64,000 bases of DNA, taken from contig OZ316897.1 in assembly GCA_973895155.1 (NCBI GenBank), forward strand, positions 14,755,375 through 14,819,374, given 5' to 3'. The position numbers were made by a program, and so were the translations under genes. Positions 12,699 through 23,282 of this stretch are shown here, one piece after another. Numbering within the stretch: position 1 is the first letter of the stretch; every line of letters starts with the position of its first letter. This DNA is from Marsupella aquatica. Taxonomy: Eukaryota > Plantae > Marchantiophyta. The notes beneath the pieces are model-generated. The model was not told the DNA's origin and did no database searches. It saw only the letters and a program-made list of their open reading frames with translations.

Positions 12699-14473
12699 AG
12701 TCGCAAAACTCGACTACCTTAACACTTAGCTCCGGCATCGCTGACTCCGACGCTGAGCTCCCTTATGGTCTAGGCCCGGATAGGCCATCCGGGGAGGACT
12801 TAGCATGGGGAGACTTGTGGGCAATGAGACGTGGTACTAGCGAGGCAAGGAGCCAAGTTGGGGGCACACACTAAGGACTTGGACTAGCCTATGGCTGGTC
12901 GGGTCAAGGGGAAATGGGGTGGGCTCAAGGATGGCCGTCCGGACCTTCGGATGGACTTTGAGTTCTGAGGGCTTGGGAGTGAGCTCCTCTTGGGCCCAAG
13001 GCCAATGGAGTTGACGCCTTTGGCAACGGACGCTTGGGGCGCAAGTTGTGGCCCGATCCGGGTTGGGCCGGTCGGGGGCCCCGAGCGGCGATCAAACCTG
13101 AGGGCCTAGGCATGAGCACTGGGTCGGCCTGGTCACAACAGGCTAAGGCACTTCGCTTGCGGATGCCTATCAAGAAAGTTATGGGCGTTGCCAGTTGGTG
13201 GCACGCCCATTATGCGCGATGGGATCCGGGTTGGGGGCCAAATGGTTAGGGACCAAAGCTGGTCCGGGGGTGGCAGGTCTCCAAAAGAATATATGAGGGG
13301 AGTGGTGGCTCCCTGGGGGCTAAGGCTGAGTCGAAGTCGTGAGCCGCAACGGTCGCGACACTAAAGGAAACCGTCAAACGGAAATGGCGATATCTTCCCA
13401 ACGGGAAGTCCGTTGGAGGACTTCTTGGGTGCGTTGGAAATCTCTTGAGGAAGGCTACATCCTCCTGAGCTTAGCTGGGTCTGGGGGTGCCGTGGGTTCT
13501 CGTGGTTTGCGGGTGTTAGCCTGCCCGCTTGCCGAATCCTGCCGAACAGCAACCAAGCCGCGTTCAGTCTCCCAAGGGAGCTTGCGTTGGGGAGGCAAGG
13601 CCAAGTAGGTGCAGAGGCTGAGTTCCAAGGGTGCTCGGCCCCTAGACCACCAGAGGGGGGAACCGGGAGCGGTTGCTAGAGTCGGGGCCGTTCTGGTCCC
13701 GGCGTGTTGGGACAAGCTTTAGGACAAGCCTTGGGGGTCTCACTATATGGATGCCTCCCCATCACCTGCGACGTTTTTAGGCCTCGGACCCCCTAAAATG
13801 TAAGAAAAAAATTTATTTTTTTGACCCCTATAAAGTTGGAATATTCTCAGAATATTCTAAAATTTTGGTTATAAGGACCCTAATGTTCTTATAAGTCCCA
13901 AAATTGGATTTAAAAGACCCTATTGTTCTTCTTAGAAAATTCTTAAGTCTTCCCTTCGAACCAATAAAATGACCCTATACTTCGTCGCACGTGATATGTC
14001 ATTTTTGTGGAAGTGAAACCCCCGAGGGACAAGCTACGGTATTTGGGCCATGAGCATGTCCTGAGGTCAGGGCGGTCAGTTGGTGATGGATAGGTACGAG
14101 GGGGAACCCGGGCCGCGCCCAAGGAAGGAGCTGTCCTGGACGGACAGTGGGCGTGGGCTGTGGTTCCGGCTTATGGCATCGGGAGGACCTATCGCTGACC
14201 TATTTACCAACGTTGGTTGAGCTTGAGTTAGGATGCTAGACTTGGCGAGTTCTAGATCCTGAAGGGTTACTTACCGAGGTGCTTGGTTGCTTGTGCAGAT
14301 AGGGAGAACCGTTGAGTAGCAATCGTGTTAGAGAGCAAGTGTGGCTTTGTATGGGAGGGGCCGTTGGCGGTGCAAGGGGCACTAGGTTGCTTGCTGGAGG
14401 CATTTGGGCACCAAGGGCACTTAGGCGTGAGTGCTGGGATTGGTGAGGGCGATGGGTGGTAAGGTCCACCACT
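12699..14473 (+). repeat. 5' LTR (~1470 bp once the MITE is removed)
   Basis: Starts AGTCGCAAAACTCGACTACC and ends GGTCCACCACT. Matches 19418-22342 and 24237-25713. Confidence 0.95.
13730..14026 (+). mobile_element. MITE family A, copy 2 (inside the 5' LTR)
   Basis: TIRs CTTGGGGGTCTCACT / AGTGAAACCCCCGAG. 8-bp TSD GGACAAGC. Absent from the 3' LTR at the equivalent site (~21883). Confidence 0.96.
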
Positions 14474-14475
14474 TG

Positions 14476-14487
14476 TGGTATCAGAGC
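14476..14487 (+). promoter_or_regulatory. Primer binding site complementary to initiator tRNA-Met
   Basis: TGGTATCAGAGC, 2 nt downstream of the LTR end. Confidence 0.93.
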
Positions 14488-14774
14488 GATTGCTGGCATA
14501 GACACCGGGCCGGGGTTGTGCTAAGTTGGAATCCAAAAATCTTAACGGATTTTTGCGGGGACTTAGTGCTTCAACGTGCCCGACAGGTCAGCTGCGGGCA
14601 GATTCGGTCGCTGGGAACATGGCTAAAAACACTCGATCAAAAAGTGGCAAACAGGCTCCTCCCACCAAGGGGAGAGCCCAAGTTCAAGATGAATAGAATG
14701 AGGATGGGTCGACTTCCCTAGACAAACGTTATAAGCAGGACGAAAAAGATGCAACGGCCGAACCGTCGACCGTT

Positions 14775-17700
14775 GTGGCAAACATGTCAAGTGCAGAGCG
14801 CCGTCGACTTAAAGGGAAGGAGGTGGCTAATCCTTCAGAGCATGGGTCGGATGACGACGACTCCAACGCAGAAGGAAGCGACGACGAGGCTAAAGCCAAA
14901 ATAGAGGAAGAGGGGACTCAAGACCCAGAGGAGGAAGTGATCCCAGCCTTGAGAGGGTTGAATGCGGAACCAGAGGATGATGTCAAGCCGGACGTCATCG
15001 TGGATAATTTGACCAAGCAGAACCAGAATGACACGGGTGATACCTCAGTCCCAGGAGGTCATGGTGCTCGCAAGACGCGGGGGGTATCACCAAAATCCAC
15101 AAGAGAACCTAAGGACAGGCGGCCCGCAAAGGAAAGACGGTTGGAGGACCGTCCTCATACAACCCACAAGGGCCCGGCCGTTGACTCAAGACCAACGACT
15201 CATCTACGAGCAGTTGGAACACAACAAGGGGGCCCAGATTAAGTACTTAGTAGTTAGTCTGGGTAGTCAGAGTGCGTCTCATCCCGAGGGGGGAATGGTA
15301 GTTGGACGGAGTATGTTCCAGTGAACCAGCTACCAAGTCCTCCAACTTATGATGGGGCCTACGAACAAAGTGGACAAAAGTTCTTGAGTTGGCTCTCCAT
15401 GATGGAGATTCATCTCCAAGCGTGCGTTGAGTGTTCCACTTGGGCTACCGCAGCCGCTCCTTACCCGAAGGACTATGCCTTGACTTGGTACAAGTCATGG
15501 AAGAAGTCACGAGAGGACTCCTCCTTGCCGTTAACTTGGGAAAACCTGGTTGAGGGTCTCCGTGCTCATGTCACCACTAAGTACCCGGAGCGGCACGCTC
15601 AGAAATGTGTAACGGAGATGAGCTTCAGGGGTGATATCCAAAAGTTCATCACTTATTACCAGAATCAGTTGGCGTATATCCCGGCGGGACAAGAGACCCT
15701 ACATACACAGCTTCACAACTTTATCGTGAAGCTCCCGCCATTGCTCAGGGAAAAGTTGCAGGAAAAGCATCATGAGTTCAAAACGCTTTCTGACGCCTTC
15801 GACAAGGCCACTACGTTGGTGAATAACCGACCGGACTTGGCGAAGGTGGGTGGCAAGGGATCCGAGGGGAAAGCTGGGAAAGCGAAGGTCCCGGGAATAA
15901 GTGTAAGCAACCTGAGGGGGCGGGGGCCGGTGGTTCGGATCCCCAGCCCCAGAATGGAGAAGCTAAGCAAAACCAGAAGGCCGGCAACTTCAAGAAAGGA
16001 GCAGCCGCATCGGCACAGAAAGCAAAGAAGCAGGCAACCATGGAGCAAAGGCGGGCTGAAGGTTTGTGCTTCACATGTGGTGCCATGGGCCATCAAAGTA
16101 AGGATTATTCCACAAAAGGTGGCAAGCCAAACGGAGATGGTGGAGGGCAGAAGAGCACTAAGGTAAGTATCGCTCTAACCGAACCCTTAGTAGCTGACAA
16201 GGTCCCTGTAGGGGATGTCCCTGACAAAGAGAGGGTGTTGTTGCGAGAGAAGATACCTAAAGTTAAGACAATGGATCCTGAAAAACTGATTTTTGTGAAT
16301 GTCACTTCTAACGGTAATCTGGGTGTTGCTTTGGTGGATACAGGCGCGACCGCCTGCTTCATAAGTGGGCAGGCGGCAACTCGTCTTGGGGTGGACGTGC
16401 AAGAGTTGCTACAACCGTTAGTGTGCAAGTGTGCCAACGACACAAAGGGGATAATGTCGAGAGTAGTGCATAGACTTCGAGTAGAGGTCATAGGCGAACA
16501 ACAAAATTTTATTAGTCAGGAGATGTTCTACGTTCTAGACGGTCTAGCCGTAGACTTCATTTTGTCAGTAGGTTATCTCAGAAAGCACAATGTTACCTTG
16601 AAACCGGGGGGTGAGGTGCTCCATTTTCCCAATAAGGGCGGTGAGCCCATCGTTGTACATGAAATTACCAAAAATAAAGATAGATTTCTTAAAGTAAGTA
16701 AAGTGTCGTGGATGTCTCCGTGTGTATCGGCAAAGCAATGGTGGAAAGACTTCAAGGCTGGACATGAATGTTTCTTCTTTCATCTCCACCCAACTAAGGA
16801 GGCTGCGTCGCAGCCAAAGGTCAAGTCAGCTAAGGTCGGGCCCGACTGCGGTCAAATTCCTGAAATTTTAGAGGAATTCAACGACGTGCTCTCGCAGAAG
16901 CTACCTAAAGGTTTACCCCCGCGGAGAGAAGTGGATCACCAAGTTGAGTTGGAGCCGGGATCGGCTCCTTAGGCTAAAGCTCCTTATTGTCTGAACTTGA
17001 ACGAGCAAATGATGTTGAAGAACGCCTTGGAAGAGTTGATCGACCAAGGGTTTATTCGCCCTAGTAAGAGTCCTTACGGGGCGCCCGCGCTGTTCATGTC
17101 CAAAAAGGATGGTACTTTGAGATTGTGCGCAGATTACCGGGCCCTCAATAAGCAGATGGTAAAGAACACGTACCTGTTACCTCATATGGATGACCTCTTC
17201 GATTGCCTCTCCGGGGCTAAGAAGTTTTCAAAGGTGGACTTGCGGTCTGGGTATTACCAGATCCGCATGGCTAAGGGAGATGAGTATAAGACCGTGATGC
17301 GCACAAGGTTCGGATCCTATGAGTTTTTGGTTATGCCGTTCGGGTTGTGTAATGCAACCGCAACGTTCATGAAGATGATGAATACCATCTTTCATGACTT
17401 GTTGGACCAAGGAGTGGTCATCTTTATTGACGACATCCTAATCTACTCGAAAACGTTGGAGGAACATGAGCAGTTGCTCAGAGAAGTGTTCTCTCGCCTT
17501 CGTAAGGCTCGTCTCTTTGCTAAACCTAGCAAGTACGAGTTTGCGATGAATGAGATTCAGTTCCTTGGCCATACCTTTACCCCGGAAGGGATTACGCCTA
17601 GTTAGGACAAGCTTAAGGAGATCAAAGAATGGGAGCGCCCGTCCAATGTAAGGCAAGTTAGAGCCTTCTTAGGATTTATGAGGTTCTATCGGAGATACAT

Positions 17701-19410
17701 GAAAGACTATGCAAGGATTCCGAGGCCCCTAAAGTGCTAACGTTGAAAAACAAAGTGTTTGTGTGGACTCAGGATTGCGAGTTAGCATTCATGGAACTTA
17801 AGCGGCTAATGATAACGTCGCCGGTTCTAAAGTTACATGAGATGGGGAAACCGTTCGAGATTTGGACAGACGCAAGTGATTATGCCATTGGCGCCTATCT
17901 TCACCAAGATGGGTGTCCTATGGCCTTTCGAGTGGCCTTTGAGTCATGTAAGTTGGAAAATCATTGGATCACACCGGAAAGGGAAATGTATGTTGTGATC
18001 TATGCATTGAAGAAGTGGGAGATTTACCTTAAGAACGGTCCCAAAGTGGTAATCCACACAGATAGCTCGTCGGCTGGGTACTTGAACAGTTCTAAGCCAA
18101 GGCTGAACCCCAAGGAAATGCGCTGGCAAATGTTCTTGGCGGATTTCAATTTCGAAGTCCGCCACATTCCAGGGAAGACAAATATGACAGCGGATGCGTT
18201 ATCGCGTAAGGACCAACATCGTGTCAATGGGATCACGATGCTCGAATCCGAGTGGCCAAAGGTTCTAGCCGCGGCGTATGGGGATGACAGGTTAGCTAAG
18301 AAATGGCAAAGCAATGGGGGTAGCCGAGGCAAGGTAAGGCACACATCGTTGGGGTTGGATACGACGCATAATGTTCAGTTATGGCGGTACAAGCAGAGGC
18401 GTGTGTACATACCAGAGTCTCTAAGGTTAGATGTTCTACAAAAGTACCATGACTCGCCCTAGGGAGGGCATGGAGGACAAGCCGCTACGTATCGTAGCAT
18501 GTTGCGAGATGTGTATTGGCCGGACATGAAGCAAACGGTCCTTCAACATGTGCAAAGTTGTTACTCATGCCAAAAGAACCGAACGGTCTATAGGGCAAAA
18601 GGAGGACTGCTGCAACCCTTACCATAAGTTGCGACTCCATGGGAGTCTATCTCCATGGACTTCATTGTTGGGTTATCTGAGTCCCATAGCAGTAACTGCA
18701 TCTTAACAATCGTGGATTGTTTTTCCAAGATGGCGTATTTCTTGCCTACCACAAAGATGGTTTCGGCCCGAGAGGTTGCCGGTCTAGTGTTTGACAATGT
18801 CTTTCGACAATGGGGATTGCCGTTGCATATCTTGTCCGATTGTGATACCAAGTTCACGCGCCTAGTTGTGGAAGCGGCTACCAAGGGTATGACCCTTGCC
18901 CAAAGTCGGTACAAGGAGCAAGGGGATAAACATCGACGCCAGGTAAGCTTTGAAATTGGGGAGAGCGTCTGGTTGCAGTTGAGACCTGAGCAATACCACG
19001 GGAACATAAGCAGGAAGCTGGCTCCCAAATATGCGGGGCCCTATCGCATTATACGATGGACCCACAAGGATAATCCGGTTTCGGTGGTGTTAGAGACACC
19101 CAAGGAAATGGGCGTGGGCAAAAGCTACCATGTTAGCCGGCTCAAGAAGTTTGTCAAAGACGATGATCCCAACCGGGATCAGGTCTTGCGTCCGGACGCC
19201 ATACTGGTGGAGGACGCTGAGGAGTTTGACGTGGAGGCAATTCTGGACCAACGTTACAAACGCAAGTTGGGAAGGCAAATCTTAAAATATTTGGTGAAGT
19301 CGGCTGGCTATGATCAGGCCAAGAGTACTTGGGAACCGGAGGAAAATTTGGGTAATGCCTCAGAGATCCTTGGAAGCTATCGTAAGCGAAGCGGCCTACC
19401 ACCGTTGTGA
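14775..19410 (+). pseudogene. Disrupted gag-pol polyprotein with C-terminal chromodomain
   Basis: Gag capsid-like region at 15321+, Zn knuckle CFTCGAMGHQSKDY, protease [23 protein letters not shown], RNase H WTDASDYAIG, integrase HHCC/SMDFI/GPY, and chromodomain EEFDVEAILD..YLVK(S)AGY..STWEPEENL (~19219-19380). Stops at 16970, 17603, 18460 and 18625, plus several frameshifts. The 5' start is approximate. Confidence 0.95.
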
Positions 19411-19905
19411 ACTGGTACCGGCATCGCTGACTCCGACGCCAAGCTCCCTTATGGTCCAGGCCCGGATAGGCCATCCGGGGAGGACTTAGCATGGGGAGAC
19501 TTGTGGGCAATGAGACGTGGTATTAGCGAGGCAAGGAGCCAAGCTGGGGGCACACACTAAGGACTTGGACTAGCCTATGGCTGGTCGGGTCAAGGGGAAA
19601 TGGGGCGGGCTCAAGGATGGCCGTCCGGACCTTCGGATGGACTTTGAGTTCTGAGGGCTTGGGAGTGAGCTCCTCTTGGGCCCAAGGCCAATGGAGTTGA
19701 CGCCTCTGGCAACGGACGCTTGGGGCGCAAGTTGTGGCCCGATCCGGGTTGGGCTGGTCGGGGGCCCCAAGCGGCGATCAGACCTGAGGGCCTAGGCATG
19801 AGCACTGGGTCGGCCCGGTCACAACGGGCTAAGGCACTCCGCTTGCGGATGCCTATCAAGAAAGTTATGGGCGTTGCCAGTTGGTGGCGCGCTCATTATG
19901 CGCGA

Positions 19906-21376
19906 TGTTCGGGTGACCGTGTTTTCTGGTAAGAGCATGTTGGCTCTTATGAAGTCAACCTTGCATGCCCATAAGTTTTACACTAAAACCAAAATGATAA
20001 CTCTTGTAAGAAGGGTGATGGGTATTAAGAAAGGTTCAGGTGAAACTAATATACTATTAAATCCTACTTCACCATACTTGCGGATCAACACATCTCGAAA
20101 ACTAATTTTTTCTACGATATACAATCCTAATATCTCCAAGAGAAAATGAGATAGGAATATCATCTGGACTCCTATTTAGATCCATGACTTCAATAAAGGA
20201 CAAAGATAATGCACTCCCACTCCTCTCGATAAGACACTACTGGGTATACTATTGGCTCATTAGAACTCATAACAGCAGCTGCAAATTGAGCTCCAAAATG
20301 ATAAGTTAAATGCTGCCTCATGGATGGCTTGTCTAAAAGATGGACTCTAACCAAAAATGGGTTACGAAGGGGAAGATTAGGGATATCTCTCCCTCCTGGA
20401 TTCATAATTACTCTCTTATTCCTTTGCTATCCGGGCCAAAGGATGTCCCACCCCTAAGTTCCCAAAGAGATCTTGTTCCCTAAGGTCCCATCTATAAGTC
20501 TACCACTCATTCCTTTGCTATCCGGGCCAAAGGATGCCCCACTACTATGTACATAAGGCAAAGAATAGAAGAAAAAGATGAGAGAAGAAAAGAGGATCGC
20601 TTCGACGCGGAAATTATCAAAATGTGGGAATGAGGAGAGAGTGCCCCTCACCACTTTATTTATATTGAATCCAAGAGGGCATGGATTACGCCCAAACGCT
20701 TGGATGAAAGCCAAGTGACACACATCCAACGTAGGAATGTGTGCTAATACTATTGCAATCAAAACAAATAATGCATGCAAGTAAAACAACTAATGCAAGC
20801 ACCTAAAACAATTTGTGCATGCATGCATCTTGTGGCTTGCACATTTGCTCACCTTGCATGCGCATAAAACAACTAATGCATGCAAATAAAACAATTTGCA
20901 TGCATCTAAAACAATTTGTGCGTGCACCTTGTGGCTTGCACATTTGCTCACCTTGCTTGCACATAAAACAACTAATGCATGCAAATAAAACAATTTGCAT
21001 GCATCTAAAACAATTTGTGCATGCACCTTGTGGCTTGCACATTTGCTCACCTTGCTTGCACATAAAACAACTAATGCATGCAAATAAAACAATTTGCATG
21101 CATCTAAAATAATTTGTGCATGCACCTTGTGACTTGCACATTTGCTCACCTTGCATGCACATAAAACGATTATTGCATGCAAATAAAACAATTTATACAT
21201 GCATCCAAACAATTTGTGCATGCAACTTGTGGTTTGCATAGTTGCTTACCTTGCATGCATATACGTAATAGTCAAATTATTTAGTTACTCCGTAACAAAA
21301 TATAAATCTAACCTATATACTTACTAATATACTTAGTGATAATGATTTCATCATGAATAATTGAATTATCACAACA
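19906..21376 (-). mobile_element. Nested insertion, probably a solo LTR of an unrelated LTR retrotransposon
   Basis: TGTT...AACA termini and GCGA duplicated on both sides. Absent from the 5' LTR. TATA-like and CT-rich tracts on the minus strand; strand is inferred. Confidence 0.75.
20763..21260. repeat. 99-bp minisatellite (~4.5-5 units) rich in TGCA/ATGCAT
   Basis: Unit starts at 20866, 20965 and 21064. The ORF track shows 33-aa periodicity. Confidence 0.95.
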
Positions 21377-22342
21377 GCGATGGGATCCGGGTTGGGGGCC
21401 AAATGGTTAGGGACCAAAGCTGGTCCAGGGGTGGTAGGTCTCCAGAAGAATATATGAGGGGAGTGGTGGCTCCCTGGGGGCTAAGGCTGAGTCGAAGTCG
21501 TGAGCCGCAACGGTCGCGACACTAAGGGAAACCGTCAAACGGAAATGACGATATCTTCCCAACGGGAAGTCCGTTGGAGGACTTCTTGGATGCGTCGGAA
21601 AGCTCTTGAGGAGGGCTACGTTCTCCTGAGCTCAGCTGGGTCTGGGGGTGCCGTGGGTTCTCGTGGTTTGCGGGTGTTAGCCTGCCCGCTTGCCGAATCC
21701 TGCCGAGCAGCAGCCAAGCCGCGTTCAGTCTCCCAAGGGAGCTTGTGTTGGGGAGGCAAGGCCAAGTAGGTGCGGAGGCTGAGTTCCAAGGGTTCTCGGC
21801 CCCTAGACCACCAGAGGGGGGAACCGGGAGCGGTTGCTAGAGTCGAGGCCATTCTGGTCCCGGCGCGTTGGGACAAGCTTTAGGACAAGCTACGGTATTT
21901 GGGCCATGAGCATGTCTTGAGGTCAGGGCGGTCAGTTGGTGATGGATATGTACAAGGGGGAACCCGGGCCGCGCCCAAGGAAGGAGCTATCCTGGACGGA
22001 TAGTGGGCGTGGGCTCTGGTTCCGGCTTATGGCATCGGGAGGACCTATCGCTGACCTATTTACCAACGTTGGTTGAGCTCGAGTTAGGATGCTAGACTTG
22101 GTGAGTTCTAGATCCTGAAGGGTTACTTACCGAGGTGCTTGGTTGCTTGTGCAGATAGGAACAACCGTTGAGTAGCAGTCGTGTTAGAGAGCAAGTGCGG
22201 CTTCATATGGGAGGGGCCGCTGGCGGTGCAAGGGGCACTAGGTTGCTTGCTTGAGGTATTCCGTGGAGGCGTTCGGGCACCAAGGGCACTTAGGCATGAG
22301 TGTTGGGATTGGTGAGGGCGTTGGGTGGTAAGGTCCACCACT

Positions 22343-23282
22343 CAAGCGGATGGAGTATGTAGCTTCAGCTTGAGCCAACAAGTTATCAGTATATGTTTTC
22401 TGTTTTGAAATTTGAGGAGTTCATTGTGCTCCTCCCTTCTTGCCGGACGGTCCTCTGCAATTGCTTTGACAAAATGCTGAGTGACTTTGTGCATTTCATC
22501 TCAGGTCTGTTTAGATGCTTTCTTTCATTTCCAAGCCTTGGTGGTTGATGGGCCACCATCCCCCTGTCTAGTTACAGAGGCTGAGCTTCTTCCCATGGGG
22601 CTTGGGTAATTGGGAGAGCTGGTTGGCTGAGATGGTGTGGATCAATCCCTACCAATGTGCTCAGTCTCAGAAGCAGGAGTTGGCTGATCACAGGTGGTTG
22701 GTATGTATCACTGGTGACGGTATGTATAAGCTATCAAATGGGTCTGCATCAGAATCCAAGTCCTCATATGCATCATCAGGGCTTTGCCCATTCATGTAGC
22801 CTCCATCTGTCTTTGAATTGGGATCATTGGACCAAGGTTGGGATTCATGATTTGTGTATGATGTGGAGAGTCAAACAGCCTTTGCAACTTTAGCATTTGC
22901 TGTGTTGTCAACATACTGATTTGGGTCTAGATTGACAGCTCTATTTGCAGGCATAAATATGACCATAGTCAACTCGAATTCCCCATTGCCACGGGAAGGA
23001 GTGTAGGCTTGGAAACTGTCATGAATTGATCTTCTTGAAGTTTGTCAATAACTTCTCCTATATTTTTTTGCATTGTTTCCAGCCTCTCTAAACATTGTTG
23101 GCCTTGCATATTTCTTCAATTTCCTTCCAGACCACCTCTGCTCAGCTGTCCAAATTCATTCGCTCAATGACTCCAATTTTGATTGATGCTGCTGGTATCT
23201 TTTGCTGACCACCAGCACCAGAAGTTCTGTGTTGTTCTATTGAGAAAACCCGGCTATCCTCTGCCATCTGCAAACCTTTCAT
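22343..23282 (-). pseudogene. Myb/SANT-like (trihelix-type) DNA-binding protein pseudogene; C-terminal tail continues at 12609-12693
   Basis: Translation AEVVWKEIEEICKANNV*RGWKQCKKI*EKLLTNFKKINS*Q fits the W..I...RxxxQCxxxWExLxxxFKKI.xW trihelix pattern. Coiled-coil-like tail FVKAIAEDRPARREEHNELLK...GIDVANALA...VADGMRE*. Confidence 0.75.

Larger units (their letters stand above)
12699..22342 (+). mobile_element. Full-length decayed Ty3/gypsy LTR retrotransposon (chromovirus)
   Basis: Paired LTRs, iMet PBS, domain order gag-PR-RT-RH-IN-chromodomain, and a 5-bp TSD CAGGC (12694-12698) / CAAGC (22343-22347). Confidence 0.97.
19418..22342 (+). repeat. 3' LTR, missing its first 33 bp and interrupted by a 1.47-kb insertion
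   Basis: Identity to the 5' LTR begins at CCGGCATCGCTGAC (12732 = 19418). Ends GGTCCACCACT. Confidence 0.93.

Noticed and set aside
12925-14721. ORFs within the LTRs, repeated at 19570-22341 and 24520-25712
   Set aside because: Chance ORFs in GC-rich LTR sequence; recurrence only reflects LTR identity, and frames break between copies.
15880-16166. Overlap of gag and PR ORFs as a programmed ribosomal frameshift
   Set aside because: The shift falls inside gag, before the Zn knuckle, in an element with many other lesions; a decay indel is simpler.
20790-21239. Cys/His-rich repetitive ORFs
   Set aside because: Translations of the 99-bp minisatellite, open in several frames on both strands.
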